Below, piece after piece: positions 10,399 to 24,449 of a stretch of 64,000 nucleotides of DNA. How positions within the stretch are numbered: position 1 is the stretch's first letter; each line of letters opens with the position of its first letter. Location: NCBI GenBank assembly GCA_046563655.1, contig JAJCTO010000011.1:248001-312000 (forward strand), given 5' to 3'. The notes under the pieces are model-generated. The model was given only the letters and a program-made list of their open reading frames with translations, ran no database searches and had not been told where the DNA came from. The translations under genes were made by a program, and so were the position numbers. The DNA comes from Yuukianura sp. NJ FZ-2021. Its lineage: Eukaryota.

Positions 10399-13300
10399 CC
10401 TTATATCCCTTCGACGATGATTCTGCGTCAGATGTTAGGTGACAAATTGCTTTAAATTTATTTTACATACACTGGTTTCAAAAAACCGTGTGTAATTATA
10501 AAATGTCAATGTATAACTAGCAAGTCCGTATAGCGTAAAAGTCGAAAATTCTTCGAAAGCCATATATCCCTTCCACCATGATTCTGCGTCAGATGCTACA
10601 TGACAAATTGCTTTACGTTGGTTTCAAAAAACCGTATGATAATCATAAAATGTCAATGTATTACTACCAAGTCCCTATAGCGTAAAAGTTGAAAATTCTT
10701 CAAAAGCCTTATATCCCTTCCACGATGATTCTGCGTCAGATGTTATGTGAAAAATTGCTTTACACTGGTTTCAAAAAACCGTGCAAAAATCATAAACTGT
10801 CAATGTATAACTAACAAGTCCGTATAGCGTAAAAGTTGAAAATTCTTCAAAAGCCTTATATCCCTTCCACGATGGTTCTGCGTCAGATGTTAGGTGAAAA
10901 ATTGCTTTACACTGGTTTCAAAAAGCCGTGTAAAAATCATAAAGGTCAATGTATTACTACCAGGTCTCTATAGCGTAAAAGTTGAAAATTCTTCAAAGGC
11001 CTTACATCCATTCCACGATGATTCTGCGTCAGATGTTAGGTGAAAAATTGCTTTACACTGGTTTCAAAAAACAGTGTGAAAATCATAAAATGTCAATGTA
11101 TAACTAGCAAGTCCGTATAGCGTGAAAGTTGAAAATTCTTCGAAAGCCATATATCCCTTCCACCATGATTCTGCGTCAGATGCTACATGACAAATTGCTT
11201 TACGTTGGTTTCAAAAAACCGTATGAAAATCATAAAATGTCAATGTATTACTACCAAGTCCCTATAGCGTAAAAGTTGAAAATTCTTCAAAAGCCTTATA
11301 TCCCTTCCACGATGATTCTGCGTCAAATGTTATGTGAAAAATTGCTTTACACTGGTTTCAAAAAACCGTGCAAAAATCATAAACTGTCAATGTATTACTA
11401 CCAAGTCCCTATAGCGTAAAAGTTGAAAATTCTTCAAAGGCCTTATATCCCTTCGACGATGATTCTGCGTCAGATGTTAGGTGACAAATTGCTTTAAATT
11501 TATTTTACATACACTGGTTTCAAAAAACCGTGTGTAATTATAAAATGTCAATGTATATCTAACAAGTCCGTATAGCGTAAAAGTTGAAAATTCTTCAAAA
11601 GCCTTATATCCCTTCCACGATGGTTCTGCGTCAGATGTTAGGTGAAAAATTGCTTTACACTGGTTTCAAAAAACCGTGTAAAAATCATAAAATGTCAATG
11701 TATAACTAGCAAGTCCGTATAGCTTAAAAGTTGAAAATTCTTCGAAAGCCATATATCCCTTCCACCATGATTCTGCGTCAGATGCTACATGACAAATTGC
11801 TTTACGTTGGTTTCAAAAAACCGTATGAAAATCATAAAATGTCAATGTATTACTACCAAGTCCCTATAGCGTAAAAGTTGAAAATTCTTCAAAAGCCTTA
11901 TATCCCTTCCACGATGATTCTGCGTCAAATGTTATGTGAAAAATTGCTTTACACTGGTTTCAAAAAACCGTGTAAAAATCATAAAATGTCAATGTATAAC
12001 TAGCAAGTCCGTATAGCGTGAAAGTTGAAAATTCTTCGAAAGCCATATATCCCTTCCACCATGATTCTGCGTCAGATGCTACATGACAAATTGCTTTACG
12101 TTGGTTTCAAAAAACCGTATGAAAATCATAAAATGTCAATGTATTACTACCAAGTCCCTATAGCGTAAAAGTTGAAAATTCTTCAAAAGCCTTATATCCC
12201 TTCCACGATGATTCTGCGTCAAATGTTATGTGAAAAATTGCTTTACACTGGTTTCAAAAAACCGTGCAAAAATCATAAACTGTCAATGTGTTACTACCAA
12301 GTCCCTATAGCGTAAAAGTTGAAAATTCTTCAAAGGCCTTATATCCCTTCGACGATGATTCTGCGTCAGATGTTAGGTGACAAATTGCTTTAAATTTATT
12401 TTACATACACTGGTTTCAAAAAACCGTGTGTAATTATAAAATGTCAATGTATAACGAGCAAGTCCGTATAGCGTAAAAGTTGAAAATTCTTCAAAAGCCT
12501 TATATCCCTTCCACGATGGTTCTGCGTCAGATGTTAGGTGAAAAATTGCTTTACACTGGTTTCAAAAAACCGTGTAAAAATCATAAAATGTCAATGTATT
12601 ACTACCAAGTCTCTATAGCGTAAAAGTTGAAAATTCTTCAAAGGCCTTATATCCCTTCAACGATGATTCTGGGGTCAGATGTTGGGTGAAAAATTTCTTT
12701 AAATTTATTTTACATACACTGGTTTCAAAAAACCGTGTGTAATTATAAAATGTCAATGTATATCTAACAAGTCCGTATAGCGTAAAAGTTGAAAATTCTT
12801 CAAAAGCCTTATATCCCTTCCACGATGGTTCTGCGTCAGATGTTAGGTGAAAAATTGCTTTACACTGGTTTCAAAAAACCGTGTAAAAATCATAAAATGT
12901 CAATGTATAACTAGCAAGTCCGTATAGCGTAAAAGTTGAAAATTCTTCGAAAGCCATATATCCCTTCCACCATGATTCTGCGTCAGATGCTACATGACAA
13001 ATTGCTTTACGTTGGTTTCAAAAAACCGTATGAAAATCATAAAATGTCAATGTATTACTACCAAGTCCCTATAGCGTAAAAGTTGAAAATTCTTCAAAAG
13101 CCTTATATCCCTTCCACGATGATTCTGCGTCAAATGTTATGTGAAAAATTGCTTTACACTGGTTTCAAAAAACCGTGTAAAAATCATAAAATGTCAATGT
13201 ATTACTACCAAGTCTCTATAGCGTAAAAGTTAAAAATTCTTCAAAGGCCTTATATCCCTTCGACGATGATTCTGGGGTCAGATGTTAGGTGAAAAATTTC

Positions 13301-16300
13301 TTTAAATTTATTTTACATACACTGGTTTCAAAAAACCGTGTGTAATTATAAAATGTCAATGTATATCTAACAAGTCCGTATAGCGTAAAAGTTGAAAATT
13401 CTTCAAAAGCCTTATATCCCTTCCACGATGATTCTGCGTCAGATGTTAGGTGAAAAATTGCTTTACACTGGTTTCAAAAAACCGTGTAAAAATCATAAAA
13501 TGTCAATGTATTACTACCAAGTCTCTATAGCGTAAAAGTTGAAAATTCTTCAAAGGCTTTACATCCATTCCACGATGATTCTGCGTCAGATGTTAGGTGA
13601 AAAATTGCTTTACGTTGGTTTCAAAAAACCGTATGAAAATCATAAAATGTCAATGTATTACTACCAAGTCTCTATAGCGTAAAAGTTGAAAATTCTTCAA
13701 AGGCCTTATATCCCTTCAACGATGATTCTGGGGTCAGATGTTAGGTGAAAAATTTCTTTAAATTTATTTTACATACACTGGTTTCAAAAAACCGTGTGTA
13801 ATTATAAAATGTCAATGTATATCTAACAAGTCCGTATAGCGTAAAAGTTGAAAATTCTTCAAAAGCCTTATATCCCTTCCACGATGGTTCTGCGTCAGAT
13901 GTTAGGTGAAAAATTGCTTTACACTGGTTTCAAAAAACCGTGTAAAAATCATAAAATGTCAATGTATAACTAGCAAGTCCGTATAGCGTAAAAGTTGAAA
14001 ATGCTTCGAAAGCCATAAATCCCTTCCACCATGATTCTGCGTCAGATGCTAAATGACAAATTGCTTTACGTTGGTTTCAAAAAACCGTATGAAAATCATA
14101 AAATGTCAATGTATTACTACCAAGTCCCTATAGCGTAAAAGTTGAAAATTCTTCAAAAGCCTTATATCACTTCCACGATGATTCTGCGTCAGATGTTATG
14201 TGAAAAATTGCTTTACACTGGTTCCAAAAAACCGTGCAAAAATCATAAACTGTCAATGTATTACTACCAAGTCCCTATAGCGTAAAAGTTGAAAATTCTT
14301 CAAAGGCCTTATATCCCTTCGACGATGATTCTGCGTCAGATGTTAGGTGACAAATTGCTTTAAATTTATTTTACATACACTGGTTTCAAAAAACCGTGTG
14401 TAATTATAAAATGTCAATGTATAACTAGCAAGTCCGTATAGCGTAAAAGTTGAAAATTCTTCGAAAGCCATATATCCCTTCCACCATGATTCTGCGTCAG
14501 ATGCTACATGACAAATTGCTTTACGTTGGTTTCAAAAAACCGTATGAAAATCATAAAATGTCAATGTATTACTACCAAGTCCCTATAGCGTAAAAGTTGA
14601 AAATTCTTCAAAAGCCTTATATCCCTTCCACGATGATTCTGCGTCAGATGTTATGTGAAAAATTGCTTTACACTGGTTTCAAAAAACCGTGCAAAAATCA
14701 TAAACTGTCAATGTATAACTAACAAGTCCGTATAGCGTAAAAGTTGAAAATTCTTCAAAAGCCTTATATCCCTTCCACGATGGTTCTGCGTCAGATGTTA
14801 GGTGAAAAATTGCTTTACACTGGTTTCAAAAAACCGTGTAAAAATCATAAAATGTCAATGTATTACTACCAAGTCTCTATAGCGTAAAAGTTGAAAATTC
14901 TTCAAAGCCTTATATCACTTCCACGATGATTCTGCGTCAGATGTTATGTGAAAAATTGCTTTACACTGGTTTCAAAAAACCGTGCAAAAATCATAAACTG
15001 TCAATGTATTACTACCAAGTCCCTATAGCGTAAAAGTTGAAAACTCTTCAAAGGCCTTATATCCCTTCGACGATGATTCTGCGTCAGATGTTAGGTGACA
15101 AATTGCTTTAAATTTATTTTACATACACTGGTTTCAAAAAACCGTGTGTAATTATAAAATGTCAATGTATAACTAGCAAGTCCGTATAGCGTAAAAGTTG
15201 AAAATTCTTCGAAAGCCATATATCCCTTCCACCATGATTCTGCGTCAGATGCTACATGACAAATTGCTTTACGTTGGTTTCAAAGAACCGTATGAAAATC
15301 ATAAAATGTCAATGTATTACTACCAAGTCCCTATAGCGTAAAAGTTGAAAATTCTTCAAAAGCCTTATATCCCTTCCACGATGATTCTGCGCCAGATGTT
15401 ATGTGAAAAATTGCTTTACACTGGTTTCAAAAAACCGTGCAAAAATCATAAACTGTCAATGTATAACTAACAAGTCCGTATAGCGTAAAAGTTGAAAATT
15501 CTTCAAAAGCCTTATATCCCTTCCACGATGGTTCTGCGTCAGATGTTAAGTGAAAAATTGCTTTACACTGGTTTCAAAAAACCGTGTAAAAATCATAAAA
15601 TGTCAATGTATTACTACCAAGTCTCTATAGCGTAAAAGTTGAAAATTCTTCAAAGGCCTTATATCCCTTCAACGATGATTCTGGGGTCAGATGTTGGGTG
15701 AAAAATTTCTTTAAATTTATTTTACATACACTGGTTTCAAAAAACCGTGTGTAATTATAAAATGTCAATGTATATCTAACAAGTCCGTATAGCGTAAAAG
15801 TTGAAAATTCTTCAAAAGCCTTATATCCCTTCCACGATGGTTCTGCGTCAGATGTTAGGTGAAAAATTGCTTTACACTGGTTTCAAAAAACCGTGTAAAA
15901 ATCATAAAATGTCAATGTATAACTAGCAAGTCCGTATAGCTTAAAAGTTGAAAATTCTTCGAAAGCCATATATCCCTTCCACCATGATTCTGCGTCAGAT
16001 GCTACATGACAAATTGCTTTACGTTGGTTTCAAAAAACCGTATGAAAATCATAAAATGTCAATGTATTACTACCAAGTCCCTATAGCGTAAAAGTTGAAA
16101 ATTCTTCAAAAGCCTTATATCCCTTCCACGATGATTCTGCGTCAAATGTTATGTGAAAAATTGCTTTACACTGGTTTCAAAAAACCGTGTAAAAATCATA
16201 AAATGTCAATGTATTACTACCAAGTCTCTATAGCGTAAAAGTTAAAAATTCTTCAAAGGCCTTATATCCCTTCGACGATGATTCTGGGGTCAGATGTTAG

Positions 16301-19300
16301 GTGAAAAATTTCTTTAAATTTATTTTACATACACTGGTTTCAAAAAACCGTGTGTAATTATAAAATGTCAATGTATATCTAACAAGTCCGTATAGCGTAA
16401 AAGTTGAAAATTCTTCAAAAGCCTTATATCCCTTCCACGATGATTCTGCGTCAGATGTTAGGTGAAAAATTGCTTTACACTGGTTTCAAAAAACCGTGTA
16501 AAAATCATAAAATGTCAATGTATTACTACCAAGTCTCTATAGCGTAAAAGTTGAAAATTCTTCAAAGGCTTTACATCCATTCCACGATGATTCTGCGTCA
16601 GATGTTAGGTGAAAAATTGCTTTACGTTGGTTTCAAAAAACCGTATGAAAATCATAAAATGTCAATGTATTACTACCAAGTCTCTATAGCGTAAAAGTTG
16701 AAAATTCTTCAAAGGCCTTATATCCCTTCAACGATGATTCTGGGGTCAGATGTTAGGTGAAAAATTTCTTTAAATTTATTTTACATACACTGGTTTCAAA
16801 AAACCGTGTGTAATTATAAAATGTCAATGTATATCTAACAAGTCCGTATAGCGTAAAAGTTGAAAATTCTTCAAAAGCCTTATATCCCTTCCACGATGGT
16901 TCTGCGTCAGATGTTAGGTGAAAAATTGCTTTACACTGGTTTCAAAAAACCGTGTAAAAATCATAAAATGTCAATGTATAACTAGCAAGTCCGTATAGCG
17001 TAAAAGTTGAAAATGCTTCGAAAGCCATAAATCCCTTCCACCATGATTCTGCGTCAGATGCTAAATGACAAATTGCTTTACGTTGGTTTCAAAAAACCGT
17101 ATGAAAATCATAAAATGTCAATGTATTACTACCAAGTCCCTATAGCGTAAAAGTTGAAAATTCTTCAAAAGCCTTATATCACTTCCACGATGATTCTGCG
17201 TCAGATGTTATGTGAAAAATTGCTTTACACTGGTTCCAAAAAACCGTGCAAAAATCATAAACTGTCAATGTATTACTACCAAGTCCCTATAGCGTAAAAG
17301 TTGAAAATTCTTCAAAGGCCTTATATCCCTTCGACGATGATTCTGCGTCAGATGTTAGGTGACAAATTGCTTTAAATTTATTTTACATACACTGGTTTCA
17401 AAAAACCGTGTGTAATTATAAAATGTCAATGTATAACTAGCAAGTCCGTATAGCGTAAAAGTTGAAAATTCTTCGAAAGCCATATATCCCTTCCACCATG
17501 ATTCTGCGTCAGATGCTACATGACAAATTGCTTTACGTTGGTTTCAAAAAACCGTATGAAAATCATAAAATGTCAATGTATTACTACCAAGTCCCTATAG
17601 CGTAAAAGTTGAAAATTCTTCAAAAGCCTTATATCCCTTCCACGATGATTCTGCGCCAGATGTTATGTGAAAAATTGCTTTACACTGGTTTCAAAAAACC
17701 GTGCAAAAATCATAAACTGTCAATGTATAACTAACAAGTCCGTATAGCGTAAAAGTTGAAAATTCTTCAAAAGCCTTATATCCCTTCCACGATGGTTCTG
17801 CGTCAGATGTTAGGTGAAAAATTGCTTTACACTGGTTTCAAAAAACCGTGTAAAAATCATAAAATGTCAATGTATTACTACCAAGTCTCTATAGCGTAAA
17901 AGTTGAAAATTCTTCAAAGCCTTATATCACTTCCACGATGATTCTGCGTCAGATGTTATGTGAAAAATTGCTTTACACTGGTTTCAAAAAACCGTGCAAA
18001 AATCATAAACTGTCAATGTATTACTACCAAGTCCCTATAGCGTAAAAGTTGAAAATTCTTCAAAGGCCTTATATCCCTTCGACGATGATTCTGCGTCAGA
18101 TGTTAGGTGACAAATTGCTTTAAATTTATTTTACATACACTGGTTTCAAAAAACCGTGTGTAATTATAAAATGTCAATGTATAACTAGCAAGTCCGTATA
18201 GCGTAAAAGTTGAAAATTCTTCGAAAGCCATATATCCCTTCCACGATGATTCTGCGTCAGATGCTACATGACAAATTGCTTTACGTTGGTTTCAAAGAAC
18301 CGTATGAAAATCATAAAATGTCAATGTATTACTACCAAGTCCCTATAGCGTAAAAGTTGAAAATTCTTCAAAAGCCTTATATCCCTTCCACGATGATTCT
18401 GCGCCAGATGTTATGTGAAAAATTGCTTTACACTGGTTTCAAAAAACCGTGCAAAAATCATAAACTGTCAATGTATAACTAACAAGTCCGTATAGCGTAA
18501 AAGTTGAAAATTCTTCAAAAGCCTTATATCCCTTCCACGATGGTTCTGCGTCAGATGTTAAGTGAAAAATTGCTTTACACTGGTTTCAAAAAACCGTGTG
18601 AAAATCATAAAATGTCAATGTATAACTAGCAAGTCCGTATAGCGTAAAAGTTGAAAATGCTTCGAAAGCCATAAATCCCTTCCACCATGATTCTGCGTCA
18701 GATGCTAAATGACAAATTGCTTTACGTTGGTTTCAAAAAACCGTATGAAAATCATAAAATGTCAATGTATTACTACCAAGTCCCTATAGCGTAAAAGTTG
18801 AAAATTCTTCAAAAGCCTTACATCACTTCCACGATGATTCTGCGTCAGATGTTATGTGAAAAATTGCTTTACACTGGTTTCAAAAACCGTGCAAAAATCA
18901 TAAACTGTCAATGTATTACTACCAAGTCCCTATAGCGTAAAAGTTGAAAACTCTTCAAAGGCTTTATATCCCTTCGACGATGATTCTGCGTCAGATGTTA
19001 GGTGACAAATTGCTTTAAATTTATTTTACATACACTGGTTTCAAAAAACCGTGTGTAATTATAAAATGTCAATGTATAACTAGCAAGTCCGTATAGCGTA
19101 AAAGTTGAAAATTCTTCGAAAGCCATATATCCCTTCCACCATGATTCTGCGTCAGATGCTACATGACAAATTGCTTTACGTTGGTTTCAAAAAACCGTAT
19201 GAAAATCATAAAATGTCAATGTATTACTACCAAGTCCCTATAGCGTAAAAGTTGAAAATTCTTCAAAAGCCTTATATCCCTTCCACGATGATTCTGCGCC

Positions 19301-22300
19301 AGATGTTATGTGAAAAATTGCTTTACACTGGTTTCAAAAAACCGTGCAAAAATCATAAACTGTCAATGTATAACTAACAAGTCCGTATAGCGTAAAAGTT
19401 GAAAATTCTTCAAAAGCCTTATATCCCTTCCACGATGGTTCTGCGTCAGATGTTAGGTGAAAAATTGCTTTACACTGGTTTCAAAAAACCGTGTAAAAAT
19501 CATAAAATGTCAATGTATTACTACCAAGTCTCTATAGCGTAAAAGTTGAAAATTCTTCAAAGGCTTTACATCCATTCCACGATGATTCTGCGTCAGATGT
19601 TAGGTGAAAAATTGCTTTACACTGGTTTCAAAAAACAGTGTGAAAATCATAAAATGTCAATGTATAACTAGCAAGTCCGTATAGCGTAAAAGTTGAAAAT
19701 TCTTCGAAAGCCATATATCCCTTCCACCATGATTCTGCGTCAGATGCTACATGACAAATTGCTTTACGTTGGTTTCAAAAAACCGTATGAAAATCATAAA
19801 ATGTCAATGTATTACTACCAAGTCCCTATAGCGTAAAAGTTGAAAATTCTTCAAAAGCCTTATATCACTTCCACGATGATTCTGCGTCAGATGTTATGTG
19901 AAAAATTGCTTTACACTGGTTTCAAAAAACCGTGCAAAAATCATAAACTGTCAATGTATTACTACCAAGTCCCTATAGCGTAAAAGTTGAAAACTCTTCA
20001 AAGGCCTTATATCCCTTCGACGATGATTCTGCGTCAGATGTTAGGTGACAAATTGCTTTAAATTTATTTTACATACACTGGTTTCAAAAAACCGTGTGTA
20101 ATTATAAAATGTCAATGTATAACTAGCAAGTCCGTATAGCGTAAAAGTTGAAAATTCTTCGAAAGCCATATATCCCTTCCACCATGATTCTGCGTCAGAT
20201 GCTACATGACAAATTGCTTTACGTTGGTTTCAAAAAACCGTATGAAAATCATAAAATGTCAATGTATTACTACCAAGTCCCTATAGCGTAAAAGTTGAAA
20301 ATTCTTCAAAAGCCTTATATCCCTTCCACGATGATTCTGCGTCAGATGTTATGTGAAAAACTGCTTTACACTGGTTTCAAAAAACCGTGCAAAAATCATA
20401 AACTGTCAATGTATAACTAACAAGTCCGTATAGCGTAAAAGTTGAAAATTCTTCAAAAGCCTTATATCCCATCCACGATGATTCTGCGTCAGATGTTAGG
20501 TGACAAATTGCTTTACACTGGTTTCAAAAAACCGTGTAAAAATCATAAAATGTCAATGTATTACTACCAAGTCCCTATAGCGTAAAAGTTGAAAATTCTT
20601 CAAAAGCCATATATCCCTTCCACGACGGTTCTGCGTCAGATGTTAGGTGAAAAATTGCTTTGCACTGGTTTCAAAAAACCGTGTGAAAATCATAAAACGT
20701 CAATGTATTACTACCAAGTCTCTATAGCGTAAAAGTTGAAAATTCTTCAAAGGCCTTATATCCCTTCAACGATGATTCTGGGGTCAGATGTTAGGTGAAA
20801 AATTTCTTTAAATTTATTTTACATACACTGGTTTCAAAAAACCGTGTGTAATTATAAAATGTCAATGTATAACTAACAAGTCCGTATAGCGTAAAAGTTG
20901 AAAATTCTTCGAAAGCCATATATCCCTTCCACCATGATTCTGCGTCAGATGCTACATGACAAATTGCTTTACGTTGGTTTCAAAAAACCGTATGAAAATC
21001 ATAAAATGTCAATGTATTACTACCAAGTCCCTATAGCGTAAAAGTTGAAAATTCTTCAAAAGCCTTATATCACTTCCACGATGATTCTGCGTCAGATGTT
21101 ATGTGAAAAATTGCTTTACACTGGTTTCAAAAAACCGTGCAAAAATCATAAACTGTCAATGTATTACTACCAAGTCCCTATAGCGTAAAAGTTGAAAACT
21201 CTTCAAAGGCCTTATATCCCTTCGACGATGATTCTGCGTCAGATGTTAGGTGACAAATTGCTTTAAATTTATTTTACATACACTGGTTTCAAAAAACCGT
21301 GTGTAATTATAAAATGTCAATGTATAACTAGCAAGTCCGTATAGCGTAAAAGTTGAAAATTCTTCGAAAGCCATATATCCCTTCCACCATGATTCTGCGT
21401 CAGATGCTACATGACAAATTGCTTTACGTTGGTTTCAAAAAACCGTATGAAAATCATAAAATGTCAATGTATTACTACCAAGTCCCTATAGCGTAAAAGT
21501 TGAAAATTCTTCAAAAGCCTTATATCCCTTCCACGATGATTCTGCGTCAGATGTTATGTGAAAAACTGCTTTACACTGGTTTCAAAAAACCGTGCAAAAA
21601 TCATAAACTGTCAATGTATAACTAACAAGTCCGTATAGCGTAAAAGTTGAAAATTCTTCAAAAGCCTTATATCCCATCCACGATGGTTCTGCGTCAGATG
21701 TTAGGTGAAAAATTGCTTTACACTGGTTTCAAAAAACCGTGTAAAAATCATAAAATGTCAATGTATTACTACCAAGTCCCTATAGCGTAAAAGTTGAAAA
21801 TTCTTCAAAAGCCATATATCCCTTCCACGATGGTTCTGCGTCAGATGTTAGGTGAAAAATTGCTTTGCACTGGTATCAAAAAACCGTGTGAAAATCATAA
21901 AACGGCAATGTATTACTACCAAGTCTCTATAGCGTAAAAGTTGAAAATTCTTCAAAGGCCTTATATCCCTTCAACGATGATTCTGGGGTCAGATGTTAGG
22001 TGAAAAATTTCTTTAAATTTATTTTACATACACTGGTTTCAAAAAACCGTGTGTAATTATAAAATGTCAATGTATAACTAACAAGTCCGTATAGCGTAAA
22101 AGTTGAAAATCCTTCAAAAGCCTTATATCCCTTCCACGATGGTTCTGCGTCAGATGTTAGGTGAAAAATTGCTTTACACTGGTTTCAAAAAACCGTGTAA
22201 AAATCATAAAGGTCAATGTATTACTACCAAGTCTCTATAGCGTTAAAGTTGAAAATTCTTCAAAGGCCTTACATCCATTCCACGATGATTCTGCATCAGA

Positions 22301-24349
22301 TGTTAGGTGAAAAATTGCTTTACACTGGTTTCAAAAAACAGTGTGAAAATCATAAAATGTCAATGTATAACTAGCAAGTCCGTATAGCGTAAAAGTTGAA
22401 AATTCTTCAAAAGCCTTATATCCCTTCTACGATGATTCTGCGTCAGATGTTAGGTGAAAAATTGCTTTGCACTGGTTTCAAAAAACCGTGTAAAAATCAT
22501 AAAATGTCAATGTATTACTACCAAGTCCCTATAGCGTAAAAGTTGAAAATTCTTCAAAAGCCATATATCCCTTCCACGATGGTTCTGCGTCAGATGTTAG
22601 GTGAAAAATTGCTTTGCATTGGTATCAAAAAACCGTGTGAAAATCATAAAACGGCAATGTATTACTACCAAGTCTCTATAGCGTAAAAGTTGAAAATCCT
22701 TCAAAGGCCTTATATCCCTTCAACGATGATTCTGGGGTCAGATGTTAGGTGAAAAATTTCTTTAAATTTATTTTACATACACTGGTTTCAAAAAACCGTG
22801 TGTAATTATAAAATGTCAATGTATAACTAACAAGTCCGTATAGCGTAAAAGTTGAAAATTCTTCAAAAGCCTTATATCCCTTCCACGATGGTTCTGCGTC
22901 AGATGTTAGGTGAAAAATTGCTTTACACTGGTTTCAAAAAACCGTGTAAAAATCATAAAGGTCAATGTATTACTACCAAGTCTCTATAGCGTAAAAGTTG
23001 AAAATTCTTCAAAGGCCTTACATCCATTCCACGATGATTCTGCATCAGATGTTAGGTGAAAAATTGCTTTACACTGGTTTCAAAAAACAGTGTGAAAATC
23101 ATAAAATGTCAATGTATAACTAGCAAGTCCGTATAGCGTAAAAGTTGAAAATTCTTCAAAAGCCTTATATCCCTTCTACGATGATTCTGCGTCAGATGTT
23201 AGGTGAAAAATTGCTTTGCACTGGTTTCAAAAAACCGTGTAAAAATCATAAAATGTCAATGTATTACTACCAAGTCCCTATAGCGTAAAAGTTGAAAATT
23301 CTTCAAAAGCCATATATCCCTTCCACGATGGTTCTGCGTCAGATGTTAGGTGAAAAATTGCTTTGCACTGGTATCAAAAAACCGTGTGAAAATCATAAAA
23401 CGGCAATGTATTACTACCAAGTCTCTATAGCGTAAAAGTTGAAAATTCTTCAAAGGCCTTATATCCCTTCAACGATGATTCTGGGGTCAGATGTTAGATG
23501 AAAAATTTCTTTAAATTTATTTTACATACACTGGTTTCAAAAAACCGTGTGTAATTATAAAATGTCAATGTATAACTAACAAGTCCGTATAGCGTAAAAG
23601 TTGAAAATTCTTCAAAAGCCTTATATCCCTTCCACGATGGTTCTGCGTCAGATGTTAGGTGAAAAATTGCTTTACACTGGTTTCAAAAAACCGTGTAAAA
23701 ATCATAAAATGTCAATGTATTACTACCAAGTCTCTATAGCGTAAAAGTTGAAAATTCTTCAAAGGCTTTACATCCATTCCACGATGATTCTGCGTCAGAT
23801 GTTAGGTGAAAAATTGCTTTACACTGGTTTCAAAAAACAGTGTGAAAATCATAAAATGTCAATGTATAACTAGCAAGTCCGTATAGCGTAAAAGTTGAAA
23901 ATTCTTCGAAAGCCATATATCCCTTCCACCATGATTCTGCGTCAGATGCTACATGACAAATTGCTTTACACTGGTTTCAAAAAACAGTGTGAAAATCATA
24001 AAATGTCAATGTATTACTACCAAGTCCCTATAGCGTAAAAGTTGAAAATTCTTCAAAAGCCTTATATCACTTCCACGATGATTCTGCGTCAGATGTTATG
24101 TGAAAAATTGCTTTACACTGGTTTCAAAAAACCGTGCAAAAATCATAAACTGTCAATGTATTACTACCAAGTCCCTATAGCGTAAAAGTTGAAAACTCTT
24201 CAAAGGCCTTATATCCCTTCGACGATGATTCTGCGTCAGATGTTAGGTGACAAATTGCTTTAAATTTATTTTACATACACTGGTTTCAAAAAACCGTGTG
24301 TAATTATAAAATGTCAATGTATAACTAGCAAGTCCGTATAGCGTAAAAG

Positions 24350-24449
24350 NNNNNNNNNNNNNNNNNNNNNNNNNNNNNNNNNNNNNNNNNNNNNNNNNNN
24401 NNNNNNNNNNNNNNNNNNNNNNNNNNNNNNNNNNNNNNNNNNNNNNNNN
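24350..24449. other. Assembly gap (100 N)
   Basis: Run of N. Confidence 1.

Larger units (their letters stand above)
1..24349. repeat. Satellite DNA array, 147-bp monomer (variants of 161 and 162 bp), roughly 110 monomers, interrupted by three insertions
   Basis: GTCAATGT recurs at 145, 292, 439 and at 11547, 11694, 11841, 11988 (147-bp period). Long variants carry the insert AATTTATTTTACATA (1335-1495 = 161 bp; 12590-12751 = 162 bp). The array runs to the N gap. Confidence 0.98.
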
